IMG/VR virus record: IMGVR_UViG_3300025093_000002
Coordinates: 1 to 64,000 of that record
DNA length: 64,000 nt
Strand: one strand, 5' to 3'
Origin: a virus
Shown: positions 54,028-64,000 of the stretch, piece by piece
How positions within the stretch are numbered: the first letter of the stretch is position 1
Layout of the letters: each line of letters begins with the position of its first letter
The notes under the pieces: generated by a model
What the model saw: only the letters and a program-made list of their open reading frames with translations
Told to the model about the DNA's origin: nothing
Database searches by the model: none
Made by a program: the position numbers and the translations under genes

Positions 54028-56653
54028 ACCAGCCCGGAAGGCCGGGGAACGCCTGCCGATCGACAAAGCTTTCCTGCCCGTAATCCGAACGGCGACGCGA
54101 CTCTTGCCGGCTGAGATAGCCGGGGCTTGCCGCCTCGCGCAGCGAATTGAGAAACAAGTAATCCAGTGCCGGACGGGCATAAAACAGGTTCGCCCAAGGC
54201 GTGTTTTGCAGCCCGTAGGATAGTGCTGACGCGGCCGTCGCATCGCCATCGCGAAGCTTCAGGACGAGTTCCAATCCGTCCAGCGTCGTGCCGATGGTCG
54301 GACCGATCACCGTTTCCGCCAACCCGCCGCCAAAGCGGTTCGTCTGCGCGAACAAGAAGTCGCCATAGATGCCGAATGCACCGCCCTGCACCATGGCCGC
54401 GCCCCAAGTCTTCGGGTCAGACGGATCGCGCGGCGGCCAGTATCCGCGCGCCATGTCCTTCAACGTCATCGACGCGTATCCCGCCATCGTCATGCCGGCA
54501 ACCAGCGCGCCGATATGGCCGGTCTTCTCCAAATAGGAAGCGTCTTTCCGATGCCCGAACAAGGCGCGCCCAAGCACCCGTTGCGTGAACGAAAACGGGA
54601 AGCCCTTGAACTGGCCGATGAACCGGATCGCCTCGCCGGCCACCGTGCCGGGTCGCAAGCCCAGCGTCATGGTGCGGCGGGTGCGGGCATCGACCTCAAC
54701 CATGCCGTAGCTCGTCTCATCGGCCACGAACCGAAGCACGGACAATTCCAGATCGCGACGGCCATCTTCCATAATCGCCGCGCGCTTTTCTTCAAAATCG
54801 GTTTCGCGCTTGGCTCGCGTCGCATCCGACTTGGCCTCGTCCAGCTTGCTCGCCTTGCGCGCCAGTGCGATGCGCTCGCGCACCAGTGGCTCGATCGCAT
54901 CGTCCGGCAATTCCCTGATCCGGTCCGGCGTGACATAGGCGGTGTCATTGACCTCCCGGAACTGCGCCTTGCGGATTGCGTCCCATTTCGTCGCGTCGAT
55001 ACCGTGCAGGCCCAGCACATGCCGGTAATTCGCCGGCAGCGCGCCATAGTCCGACTTAGCCCGCATTCCCATTTCCGCAGCGATGACGCGCCCCGCCGTT
55101 GCGCGATGTACGTCCGTCCACCACGACAGGCCATTCCAGCGGAAAAACTTCTCCTGAAGCCCTGCCATGCGCCCGACAGGGCCGTCTACAGCGGCGGCCG
55201 GGGCAACGATATGGCCGACCAGCCCGTCAAATCCCTCGCCCAGGATGAACGAGATTTCCGCGACCTCACCCTTGGGCCGCCCGCGTCGAAGTCCGTCAAG
55301 CTGTGCCGTCAATCCTTTGAAATACCCGCCGCCGCGAAACATCGAAGCCGCTGCCGCCGTCAGATTGTCGGACACGGATGACAAGACCGCCCCGCCCAGC
55401 TTCGCCATGGACTGCCATGCGCGAATGTCCGCTCCGATCTTTGCCGCCGTGACGCTGACCGGGCGCGATGACATGCCGGTTGCGATATCGAGCGCCTGCC
55501 GCAAGGCCCCGGCGTCCGTCTCAAGACCGGCCTGGCGCTTGATCTTTTCCTGGGGCGACAGTTTCGCGTCGTCACGAATGCGGCGCTTGATGCCATCCAC
55601 CAGCGATCCGAACATCAATTCCGGGTTCGGGCCGAGCGCTTCCATGTTGGCCGCTACGCGCGCCGCTCGGCGCAAATGTGCGACCATGCCGGAAACTGTA
55701 TTGCCAAAGCCGAACTCGCTGCGATAGGCAAGCGCGGCTTCCGGGTCGCGGAAATGCAGCACCCGGCTCTTGCCGAGCGATCGGGCCATGTTCGCCGGGT
55801 TGATACGCTGGCCCTTTTCCTTCGGTGTCGTGCGGTTCGGCATTCCGGTGATGATCGTGTCGTAAACATCGCCCAGGATCGATACGACCTCGCTTTCGTC
55901 CGCCGCATCCGGGAACGTCCGCTCCATGTCCAGCTTCGGCATGACCGACGCGATCCAGTTGTCCTTGCCGGCCGCGATCATCCTGATGTCGTCGTGCGTC
56001 TGAGCGCCGGCCCAGCCGTCGAGCTTTCCGATCGATGCCCCGAGCTTGTTCAGGTCCGTGCGGCTCATTTCAGCATAGGACGCGAAAATCTTCGCCACGT
56101 CCTGCGCATCGCGATTGCCGGTAATCCCGGGCCTGCCGCCTTCCTTCAGTTCGCTCATCTCGCGCATGATGTCGGCGTCGAGTCGGGGATCGCGGATCGC
56201 ATGAACGAGATGTGGCTTGGTCGCCTGCAATTCGCTGAACAGTCCGCCGAGATAACGCGCCTCATAGGCAAGGTTGAGCGCGGCGACCGAATTGCGGCCG
56301 CCCTCCACTCCGCGCTGTGTGCCTTCCAAAACAGCCAGAAGCGCCTTCTTTGGCGTCATGCCGTCCCGCATGAAGCCGTCAACGGCCTGATCCAGCCGAT
56401 CCCGCACCAAAATGTTCAGCGCGGCGTGGCGGCGCTGCATGGCGGCGGCAATCTTGGTACGCTCGGCTTCACGCTCGGCAAAGTCGCGCAGGCGCTCGCC
56501 CATGCCGTCGATCTTGCCTTCGGCTTGAAGCTTCTGCTTGTAATCAGACACGCGCTGGAATGCGGCGTTGATTTCCTCGCGGTTGAGACGCCCCTTGGAT
56601 GCGGTATTGGCGGCGTTGAAGCAATCGGCATCAGGCGTGTATTTACGGCTCAT
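54020..56653 (-). CDS. Large internal virion/ejection protein
   Basis: 877 aa; QFKGFP...GGAFGIYGDFL motifs; position. Confidence 0.75.
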   Translation of the reverse strand: MSRKYTPDADCFNAANTASKGRLNREEINAAFQRVSDYKQKLQAEGKIDGMGERLRDFAEREAERTKIAAAMQRRHAALNILVRDRLDQAVDGFMRDGMTPKKALLAVLEGTQRGVEGGRNSVAALNLAYEARYLGGLFSELQATKPHLVHAIRDPRLDADIMREMSELKEGGRPGITGNRDAQDVAKIFASYAEMSRTDLNKLGASIGKLDGWAGAQTHDDIRMIAAGKDNWIASVMPKLDMERTFPDAADESEVVSILGDVYDTIITGMPNRTTPKEKGQRINPANMARSLGKSRVLHFRDPEAALAYRSEFGFGNTVSGMVAHLRRAARVAANMEALGPNPELMFGSLVDGIKRRIRDDAKLSPQEKIKRQAGLETDAGALRQALDIATGMSSRPVSVTAAKIGADIRAWQSMAKLGGAVLSSVSDNLTAAAASMFRGGGYFKGLTAQLDGLRRGRPKGEVAEISFILGEGFDGLVGHIVAPAAAVDGPVGRMAGLQEKFFRWNGLSWWTDVHRATAGRVIAAEMGMRAKSDYGALPANYRHVLGLHGIDATKWDAIRKAQFREVNDTAYVTPDRIRELPDDAIEPLVRERIALARKASKLDEAKSDATRAKRETDFEEKRAAIMEDGRRDLELSVLRFVADETSYGMVEVDARTRRTMTLGLRPGTVAGEAIRFIGQFKGFPFSFTQRVLGRALFGHRKDASYLEKTGHIGALVAGMTMAGYASMTLKDMARGYWPPRDPSDPKTWGAAMVQGGAFGIYGDFLFAQTNRFGGGLAETVIGPTIGTTLDGLELVLKLRDGDATAASALSYGLQNTPWANLFYARPALDYLFLNSLREAASPGYLSRQESRRRSDYGQESFVDRQAFPGLPGWFR

Positions 56654-56663
56654 CCAGCGGCCC

Positions 56664-58295
56664 CTAGATCATGCACGCGACGGCGGCACGCATTGCCTCA
56701 CCGTAGGCCGCGCCGTCTTCATAGCCCCGCGTGGCGACATCCAGTTCGATACGGTCGTCGTCGGTCAGGCGGCCCTCGGCTTCCAATTGCTGCAATTCGG
56801 CTTCCTCGATAAACGACCCCGTTTCGGGATCGACGCGGTATTGCTGTGCGATGGCGCGATAGTCGTCGGCGCGGGCGATGCGAATTTCCGCGTCCGCCCT
56901 GCCCTCCGGGATCGGATCGGGACGCGGCGGCGTCGCATCGACCTTCACGCGCGACTTGCCCTTGCGGCCTCTGGTACGACGCGCCTCTGGTTCCGCCACG
57001 ACATCTCTGGCCATGCGGGCTTCATAGTCTGAACGCCATGCATCAAACTCTGCCTTCTGGTCCAGGCTGGGGATTTCAAGTTTGGCCTGCACCGAACGAA
57101 CAATTTGTTCGGGCGCGCGCGCCACCGCCGTACCCTCTATCTCGTCAAGCGGCCGGACGACTGACTGAAGCCGCTCGCCCATGTCCTCGATAATCTGATT
57201 GGGGGTACGTCCCTGGGCCGTCAGTGCCTCGATTTCGTTCACGACCTGCGCTTGATTGGCAATGCGCCAGTCGGCTTCGATCTCTTGCTGGTCGGGCGCA
57301 AGCGTTGCGAATGTCGGATCATCGGCATTAAGGACAGGCGGACGCTTTGCGGCCTCCGTCTCAAGCTTTTCAGCAATCCTTGCCATCGGTTCGGTGGCGT
57401 TGGGCGACAGTCGCACCTCGCCGTCATGGACAAGGCCGGCCACCGCCTCATTGAGCGCGATGCGGGCTTCCTGCGTCGTCTGAAGCGTCGCCAGCCGCTG
57501 CTCCTGTTCCGCCTTGACCTTTTCCAGCCGTTGTACGGAACGGCGGCCGAGGACGCCTGCAACGGTTCCGAACGCGCCGCCGATCATCGCCGCCGTGGCG
57601 ATTTCCGACACGGTTGCCTGCCAGGATACGTTATCGCCAAACCGGGCGCGCGCATCGCGGGTGGCAATGCCGAACACCGCCGTGTTCGCCGCCGCGTCGA
57701 GCGCTGCCGTGGTCGCCGTGCCTTTCACGGTGCCAAAGCGGGCAATGTTGGCCGCCCTGACCGCTGGCCCTGCAATCGGGATATAGTTGATCGGATCGAG
57801 CGCCTGCCCGGCCAGATTGCCGACGATCGACGTAAACGGGCGCTTGACCCCGAAGTGATCGCGAACAGCTCGCACATCATACTGGGTCGCGAGCGCCGCC
57901 GCGCGGTCCTCGGTCATCGCCGCATCCCACGGAATGTTGTCGCGGAAGAACGGCGATGCTTCCCATCCCTCTTTCGTCATCGCGGGCGCGGTCGGTTCCG
58001 GCCGGTCGATGACGCCGAACCGTTCGAGAAGAGCGCGCCCCGAGGCGATGGGGTTCGGTAATGTTCCGCTTTGGCGCTGGATTCGTTCCGGCTCCGGCAA
58101 AGCCTCTAAATTGCCTTCGGGTATACGGGAACTGCGAATGGCCGTGCCGAGGCCGTAGCTTTGCACCGCCCCGCCTATGGTCTGGTCGAGCAACGTTGCG
58201 CCCATGCCCATCGGCATATCCATCGCGGCTTCAAACCTGCGCTGCGGCGACGACGCCCGATAGGTTGGGCCGCGCCCTAGACCGTGCGTTCTCAC
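56664..58295 (-). CDS. Internal virion/ejection protein
   Basis: LDPINYIP motif with Ala/Gly-rich segment. Confidence 0.7.
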   Translation of the reverse strand: MRTHGLGRGPTYRASSPQRRFEAAMDMPMGMGATLLDQTIGGAVQSYGLGTAIRSSRIPEGNLEALPEPERIQRQSGTLPNPIASGRALLERFGVIDRPEPTAPAMTKEGWEASPFFRDNIPWDAAMTEDRAAALATQYDVRAVRDHFGVKRPFTSIVGNLAGQALDPINYIPIAGPAVRAANIARFGTVKGTATTAALDAAANTAVFGIATRDARARFGDNVSWQATVSEIATAAMIGGAFGTVAGVLGRRSVQRLEKVKAEQEQRLATLQTTQEARIALNEAVAGLVHDGEVRLSPNATEPMARIAEKLETEAAKRPPVLNADDPTFATLAPDQQEIEADWRIANQAQVVNEIEALTAQGRTPNQIIEDMGERLQSVVRPLDEIEGTAVARAPEQIVRSVQAKLEIPSLDQKAEFDAWRSDYEARMARDVVAEPEARRTRGRKGKSRVKVDATPPRPDPIPEGRADAEIRIARADDYRAIAQQYRVDPETGSFIEEAELQQLEAEGRLTDDDRIELDVATRGYEDGAAYGEAMRAAVACMI

Positions 58296-61012
58296 TGGCC
58301 GCCACCCATGACGCCGAAGGACGCACGGTCCTCAATGAGCCGTTGTTCAAGGTCTTCGTCCGTTACTCCAATCGGGCGCTCTTGTGCGGGCGCATCTTCG
58401 ATCATGAACACGAGCGGTTCACCATCGCCGCCCTCCAGCGCCTCTCCGTCCTTGGGCAGAATGAACACAAACCCCTCATCCGCATTACGGAAGTAGCCTT
58501 CCGACAACGCCTCTTCGATGTAGTTCTGTCGTGCCGCCTCAATGACAGCGCGCGTCCCGTCATGAACCGGTGCGTCGGGCGGTGTGAATGGCGACGCTTC
58601 AAGAGCCTTGCGCACACCCGGCAACTGCCGCTCAAGCCCGCCCAGAATGGCGGCTTCATCTGCCTCCTGTGGGATCAGGATTTGCGCATTGACGGACCAG
58701 TTGCCCGACGACACGCGGACATCGCCGTAAAGGTCTTTTGCCACTGCATCGATCGCACTCGACAATCCTTCGCCCGCCCGAAGCCGAAGATGGACCGCAT
58801 TGCTGATCAGCTTTTGGTCGCGTTGAGCGCGGACGAAGTTCTCGGCCGTGCCATCGGAAAGGCCGTAATAGACATCGCCGATCTGACCCACATCCATCAG
58901 GCGCGCCTGCACGGCCGCGTCGATGTTCGCGGGTGTTTCGGGTGATTTGCCGGGGAGTTTTGACGGGTCGACCATCGCCGCCTGGAACAAGCGCCGCGCT
59001 GCTGCCTCGTCGCCCCGTGCCGCCGCGTCGACCGCCCCTTCGGTGATGTCCGGCAAGCCGGCCTCGACCAGTTGGTCGAACACCGCCTTTTGCTGGTCGG
59101 GATCGTCTGTGCTGAAAATCACGCGCATCATGGCGTCAACGCGCTCGGCTTCCGGTGCCTCTTCATTCTTGAAGCGCTCCACCAGATTGTCGGCCACGAC
59201 GGTCGGCATCAGGCGCAGGTTTTTAATACCAAGTTGCGCTTGTGCATCCGCAGTGGCCGCCAGTGCCTCGCGATGGTTGCCGTCCTCGGAAGGCGTCTGC
59301 CATGCCTTGTCGACATGCGGGAACACCTGACGCGTATAGGCGACAGGATCGGCCTCTCGTGCCGTGATGGTTGCTTCGGCGGCTTTGCTCAGCGTCTCAT
59401 AACGCTGCTGATCGAGGACGGCCGTGTCGCCCGATGCCGTAGGCTGGGCATTCCGGACAACATCCTGGATCGCATCTGCCGGCATGGTGCGGAAATCGTA
59501 CGCCTGGCGGCTGACCTCGACATTGCTCTGGAACTGCGCATAGCGGGAAGCGCCTTCGACGGAGCCATAGGCGTCGAGAAACTGTTCTGCCGTGGGCAGT
59601 TCGTTTTCATATCGGCCCGTGTTCATGATCGCGGTCGGCGCATTGTCGGTCGCGATCTGGATCGACGCGCGGGTTTCGGCGTTGCGCTGGTTTCGCGCCG
59701 TGTCGATGGCCGAATAATTCTGGCTGGCCGCGTCCGCGTCGGGCATCAGCGCCGCGACGCGCGTGCCGCCTGACGAACCTCCGCCGGTTCCCATCTTGGC
59801 ATAGGCGAGAAGCGTCGTGCCGTTGGCGTCGGCAGCATTGACCCTTCCGCCGCTCTTGAGCGCACGGGCGGCCCCACCGGCCCCGCCAAGGTGCATCATC
59901 GCATGGATGCCGTCGCGCGTGATCTGCACGCCGCCAACTGTCTGCCCGATAAACCCTTCAAGGCCCTGCCGCGTGATCTCCTGATCCATGCGCGCGCGGT
60001 GGATTTCGAATGCCTTGCGCTGCGCCGCCGGGTTGGCGAGGAAGTCCGCCAGTTTCCTGACTTCCGGGAAACCGGGGATGTTGAACGTCCCGGTCCATTT
60101 GCCCTGCGCGCCGGCTCGCTTGCTCCACCCCGACAAATTCTCGTTGCCGGGGTCATAGAGACCAAGGTCAGCCATACGCGGCGCGCCGAACTGGTAAAGG
60201 CCGGCATAGCCCCATTTGTTGACGACGCCGGGACGGCCGCCGCTCTCGCGCTGGACAAGAGCGGCCTCAAACCCCTCGCCAACGGCCTGCGGCTTGGCCC
60301 CGAAGAACCTGGCCGTCATCGCCTCGGCTTCCTCGACGCGGCCCGCCTCTGTTAGTCCGTTGATGGCGCCTTGCACGATCGCGCGTTCGGCTTCCTTCTG
60401 CGCCTCGGCGAGACCGGCTTCCGGGATGATGCCGCGATAGGCTTCCGAGCTTGTCCGCAGGCTGGCAAGCGTCTGTTCGGGATCGCCGCTCGAATAGGCT
60501 TCCTGAGCTAGAAGTTGCGCCTGCTCGGAGTACTGCGTCCCAAGAAATTCGATGCGGGCGTTGTGCTCATAGGTCATCGCCCGCGTGGCAAAATCAGCAC
60601 GGCGGCGAAGGACGTTCGCCTCGGCCGCTTCACGCGCCGAACGGGACATGTTCAGCCCGCGCTGTTCAAGCCTGCCCATGACGTTCGCCGACATGTCGGA
60701 CAGTTGCTTGTCGACGCCGGCCTGAAAGCCCTCCCCGCCGGCGGGAGCCGCAGCCTGGGCGTCAAGGTATGCCTGCTGCGCATCGCGCGTGTATTCGAAA
60801 TCAAACGTATTCAGCGCGACCTTGTCTTCGGCCTCGCGGCGCTGATCGGCAAGCCGCGCGCCGATCTCGGCGACGTTCTGGATCGCGGCCCCTGCCTGCT
60901 GTTGCGCACGGCCGATCTGGGCGCCGAACGCATCCGCGTCGGCCCGCACACCGGGGTCGCGCGTCACGCCAACGGATGCGATATCGTCTATGCCGGGAAG
61001 CCGGATTGCCAT
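58292..61012 (-). CDS. Internal virion protein with lysozyme-like domain
   Basis: QRESGG...GYAGLYQFG transglycosylase-like motif. Confidence 0.75.
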   Translation of the reverse strand: MAIRLPGIDDIASVGVTRDPGVRADADAFGAQIGRAQQQAGAAIQNVAEIGARLADQRREAEDKVALNTFDFEYTRDAQQAYLDAQAAAPAGGEGFQAGVDKQLSDMSANVMGRLEQRGLNMSRSAREAAEANVLRRRADFATRAMTYEHNARIEFLGTQYSEQAQLLAQEAYSSGDPEQTLASLRTSSEAYRGIIPEAGLAEAQKEAERAIVQGAINGLTEAGRVEEAEAMTARFFGAKPQAVGEGFEAALVQRESGGRPGVVNKWGYAGLYQFGAPRMADLGLYDPGNENLSGWSKRAGAQGKWTGTFNIPGFPEVRKLADFLANPAAQRKAFEIHRARMDQEITRQGLEGFIGQTVGGVQITRDGIHAMMHLGGAGGAARALKSGGRVNAADANGTTLLAYAKMGTGGGSSGGTRVAALMPDADAASQNYSAIDTARNQRNAETRASIQIATDNAPTAIMNTGRYENELPTAEQFLDAYGSVEGASRYAQFQSNVEVSRQAYDFRTMPADAIQDVVRNAQPTASGDTAVLDQQRYETLSKAAEATITAREADPVAYTRQVFPHVDKAWQTPSEDGNHREALAATADAQAQLGIKNLRLMPTVVADNLVERFKNEEAPEAERVDAMMRVIFSTDDPDQQKAVFDQLVEAGLPDITEGAVDAAARGDEAAARRLFQAAMVDPSKLPGKSPETPANIDAAVQARLMDVGQIGDVYYGLSDGTAENFVRAQRDQKLISNAVHLRLRAGEGLSSAIDAVAKDLYGDVRVSSGNWSVNAQILIPQEADEAAILGGLERQLPGVRKALEASPFTPPDAPVHDGTRAVIEAARQNYIEEALSEGYFRNADEGFVFILPKDGEALEGGDGEPLVFMIEDAPAQERPIGVTDEDLEQRLIEDRASFGVMGGGQ

Positions 61013-61013
61013 A

Positions 61014-61535
61014 TCAGCCCCAAACCTTTGCGGCCGTACCGAACGCATTGCCGAAGCCGGTCAGGAGTGTCGCCCCCGCCGCGCGAGGACCAGCCTCGCG
61101 CGCATTGCCGGCGCGCATCGTGTCGAGGGTAGCCGAATCTTCGAGGCGGCTTTCGCGCACGAAGCCCTGATGGCCGATGCGGGACGTGCCGAGCGCGATT
61201 TCGCGCAACATGGATTCTTCGACCAGAAGCGGCGACCCTGCATTTGTGATACCGGATGCACCGCCCGCCGCTCGACGCTCGGCCATGATGCGGCTTTGGC
61301 GGCGCTGATAGTCCTCGGCTTCCGCGCCGGCCGCGTCACGCTCCGACTCGGCCTGCTGGCGCGTGGCCTTGGCGTTGAACTCGTTGGCCTGTGCATCGGC
61401 CTCGGCCGCACGGCGCTGCCCGGACGCTTGCACGGCGCTGCCGATAAGGCCCACGGCCCCGGACGCGAGCGAAAGCGCACCTGATGCGCCAATGCCCTTG
61501 ACGAGGCCGGCGACTGCCGGAACGATAAAGCTCAT
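61014..61535 (-). CDS. Internal virion protein (T7 gp14-like)
   Basis: Gly/Ala N-terminus; GASGITNAGSPL motif. Confidence 0.7.
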   Translation of the reverse strand: MSFIVPAVAGLVKGIGASGALSLASGAVGLIGSAVQASGQRRAAEADAQANEFNAKATRQQAESERDAAGAEAEDYQRRQSRIMAERRAAGGASGITNAGSPLLVEESMLREIALGTSRIGHQGFVRESRLEDSATLDTMRAGNAREAGPRAAGATLLTGFGNAFGTAAKVWG

Positions 61536-61972
61536 CGATGTTTCCCCAGGAAGATCATGCGCACGAAGATTGTCCGGCCCAGAAGGACGGTCGGGTTGTC
61601 GGCGTCCATTTCGAAACCGAGCACGCGGCACCAACGCAAGGAGCGGTGAAAGCCGGCCTCGACAAAAGTTTCAATCCGCGCGAAGCGGTTGTTTCGCAGT
61701 TGCGCCAGATACGTCTTGTGCATCGCCACCATGCATTCTGCGGGAACCAGCGTCAGCGCGGCCCACGCATAGGCCAAGCCATCTCCCTGGTCCGTCAGCC
61801 CGCCGCTTGCGACCGGAACGCCGTCGACTTCCATCGTCATGGCGTGCGGGTCCTGCTCCAGATGATCGAGGCCGTCCGCTTCGAACCAGTCGCGCGCGAA
61901 AGTCTCGACGGCTCGTTCGCGATAGACTGCAAGATCGGAAAGGCGAAACCGCCTGACCTCAAAGCCGCTCAT
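61532..61972 (-). CDS. GNAT-fold internal virion protein A-like
   Basis: SLRWCRVLGF motif; follows tail tubular B. Confidence 0.65.
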   Translation of the reverse strand: MSGFEVRRFRLSDLAVYRERAVETFARDWFEADGLDHLEQDPHAMTMEVDGVPVASGGLTDQGDGLAYAWAALTLVPAECMVAMHKTYLAQLRNNRFARIETFVEAGFHRSLRWCRVLGFEMDADNPTVLLGRTIFVRMIFLGKHR

Positions 61973-64000
61973 TGGTCCTCATATCGGGGGCGATCGCCAG
62001 GAGCGTGAATGGCAAAGGCAGATTGCCGCGCATGATCAACCTCGGGTCCGTATCGTACCCGCCGTCCATATCGAGAATTGTTTCCCCGGTGAACAACGGC
62101 ACGGCCTCCCCCATCGGAACAGCGGCGTTGCGGAATGATTTGGCCCGAAGCGAGACCTTGTTGCCGACCTCGACGCCATAATCGAAACTGGCCGAGTCCA
62201 GAAGGGTCAGACCAATCCGCGTCACGGTCTTGGTTTTCGCCACCGCCGTACCGGCCTGCGCGCCATAGGGCAGCTTCATGCCCCTCAGCACCCATTCATA
62301 GCCAAGTCCGACATGCGCGGTCATCGTCGCCCCAAGCCCGGCCTGATCGAGTGTGATCGACCCGCCCGTGACCACCTTGTCCTGCTGGACCGCGCCGTCG
62401 ACCACAACCTTGACCGTCTGGCCTTCGAGATGGCTAAGTCCGGTCAGCGTCGAGGTTGACGCGCCCTTATAGGTCAGCCCGCTATCGACATAGAATGCGT
62501 CCGCCTGGCTTTCCCGCATATCGGTCAGAAACAGATCATGATCGAGATAGCGCGCCCGGTTCGGTCCTTCGAAGATGCCTTCCATCATTTCAATGTAATG
62601 CACGGTATTCCCGTTGATGGTGCGGCGCACCACAAGCCACACTTCGTCGCGGCTGGTTGAGTCGTACACCTGCCCCGATGCGGCCGACCCGCCCGGAATG
62701 ACCGCCATCGACGTGACAAAGCCCGCACCGCCAAGCGTCCGCGTTGTCCAGCCTACCACGCCTTGCGAGCGCTTGTAGGTCATGCAGGCAAGGCTACCGT
62801 CGTTCAGCCGGCACCAGGCCGTTGACAGGGGTTCGGCCTGATACTCTATCTGCTCGATGCCGAGCGTGTTCATGTGCTCCGACAGGATCGTCAGGTCAGA
62901 TGCCCGGAAGCCTTCGATCTCGTAGGAGAACCCGATGTCATAGAGCGACCGTTTGGCGCGATGGACGTAAATGCCAACGTCATCGATCTGGATCGCTTCG
63001 ATATCGGCACAGTCGACCGACGTGTGCTGCGCGGCGGAAATATCCGTTGGCGACAGCGCCGCGCCCTGACTGGAAAATGCCCAGTTGCCCGACGATGTGC
63101 CGACGACAAGTCGTCGGGTGCCGACGATCCACTGGATCGGGCTGATGCGTTTGGCCGCAAGCGTGGCGTTGATCGCGTCATCGGCCTCGACCGTAACTGC
63201 TCCCGCCTGCCACGAGTCAGGCCGCATGTTTTCGAAGCCGCGCGTTTGCGTTGCCCAGATGGTCTGCGGCGAAGCGCCCGTCCCGCCCATCCACAAGCGC
63301 TGCTGAAAGAACGTTCCTGATTTCGGATAGCCGGTCGTCCCGGAGAAGGCTCCAAGCCGCCAGCTTTCAGTCGGCGTCGTTTCCGGCAACTCGCGGAGCA
63401 CCTGAACGGTGACGATGTGGGTGGTCGTGACCGCCGTGATCATCCCGTATCCCGGCTCGCGCCCAGGCCATTCCAGCCGGATCAGTCGTCCGACATCTGT
63501 GGACCTGAACACATCGGAAACACTGCCGGTCACGGACAGCGTGATCGACCCGGTTTTCGCGCTCGGGGCAAGCAGCCGTGACTGCGCCTGATAGCAGTAG
63601 CAGGCCCCGACGCCGCCGATGATCTCAAGGTCCTGATCGCCGGTGAAGCGCACGAAGAAGGTCGAAACGTCAGGCGTGAACGAGATGGAGTACCACCCTG
63701 CGCCATAGGTCGCCGCCGCTACGATTTCAGCGCCCGTGGCCGTGCTGCCAATGGCAAGCCGTATCTCGCCGCCGCCGACGATCTGGAAATGCAGGACATG
63801 GACCGCGCCGGAATTGGCCGTCGAAGTCTGGTGCCGGATTTCCGCCGTACCGGCGTAATCGGCAGCCGAGGTCGGACTGATCGGAGAGCGGCGACGAAGA
63901 AACACAACACGCTGCGCCCGGTCATAATCGACATATCCGGTCCCGGTCACAACCTTGGTCCAGCCCGCAGCGCCGCTTTCGAAATTGAAGTTCGAAATGA
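61959..64000 (-). CDS. Tail tubular protein B (T7 gp12-like); 5' end beyond the window
   Basis: GYPKSGTFFQQRLW, GLSHLEGQTV, HVGLGY; frame stays open to 64000. Confidence 0.85.
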   Translation of the reverse strand, partial: ISNFNFESGAAGWTKVVTGTGYVDYDRAQRVVFLRRRSPISPTSAADYAGTAEIRHQTSTANSGAVHVLHFQIVGGGEIRLAIGSTATGAEIVAAATYGAGWYSISFTPDVSTFFVRFTGDQDLEIIGGVGACYCYQAQSRLLAPSAKTGSITLSVTGSVSDVFRSTDVGRLIRLEWPGREPGYGMITAVTTTHIVTVQVLRELPETTPTESWRLGAFSGTTGYPKSGTFFQQRLWMGGTGASPQTIWATQTRGFENMRPDSWQAGAVTVEADDAINATLAAKRISPIQWIVGTRRLVVGTSSGNWAFSSQGAALSPTDISAAQHTSVDCADIEAIQIDDVGIYVHRAKRSLYDIGFSYEIEGFRASDLTILSEHMNTLGIEQIEYQAEPLSTAWCRLNDGSLACMTYKRSQGVVGWTTRTLGGAGFVTSMAVIPGGSAASGQVYDSTSRDEVWLVVRRTINGNTVHYIEMMEGIFEGPNRARYLDHDLFLTDMRESQADAFYVDSGLTYKGASTSTLTGLSHLEGQTVKVVVDGAVQQDKVVTGGSITLDQAGLGATMTAHVGLGYEWVLRGMKLPYGAQAGTAVAKTKTVTRIGLTLLDSASFDYGVEVGNKVSLRAKSFRNAAVPMGEAVPLFTGETILDMDGGYDTDPRLIMRGNLPLPFTLLAIAPDMRTNERL

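Larger units (their letters stand above)
41545..64000. mobile_element. Related temperate phage 2, partial (distal early genes, int/attP, lysis, tail, internal virion genes)
   Basis: Second integrase and tRNA-Lys attP core, second lysis cassette, T7-like tail and internal virion genes; same gene order as phage 1. Confidence 0.8.

Noticed and set aside
1-64000. Host chromosomal genes, attL/attR junctions or IS elements
   Set aside because: None recognised; all identifiable genes are phage-type and no transposase motifs were seen.

Overview
The window is entirely temperate-phage DNA, GC-rich and probably from an alphaproteobacterial (Rhizobiales-like) host; the host assignment is inference from gene families and tRNA cores. 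It reads as two related podovirus-type temperate phages joined head to tail. Phage 1 spans about 1-41544 and appears to be one complete circular permutation. It carries xis/int plus attP (3' half of tRNA-Val GAC), a GH24 lysis cassette, a Wzy-like moron, tailspike, ejection proteins, N4-gp56-type capsid, P22-like portal, terminase, late regulator, replication genes, a cro/cI switch with GGGA-N4-TCCC operators, and a Rad52-like/SSB/NinB recombination module. At the shared ninB segment (1-282 matches 41545-41820) the sequence crosses into phage 2, which is partial. Phage 2 has a different xis/int plus attP (3' half of tRNA-Lys CTT), a GH19-like lysis cassette, tailspike and T7-like internal virion and tail tubular genes. 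Both att sites are in attP form and no host DNA is visible. Top observations: (1) an antisense HNH endonuclease insertion breaks the phage 2 endolysin and rescues it with a synonymously recoded duplicate of its first 31 codons and a new RBS; (2) about 12 collinear 16-50 bp conserved linkers frame unrelated, frame-preserving variable segments in the pre-xis genes of the two phages; (3) an apparently split replication initiator, with the HTH half and an ori-like repeat inside the immunity region; (4) matching ACGCA-loop hairpins in the scaffold and capsid leaders. All product calls come from motif recognition by eye; no database search was run.
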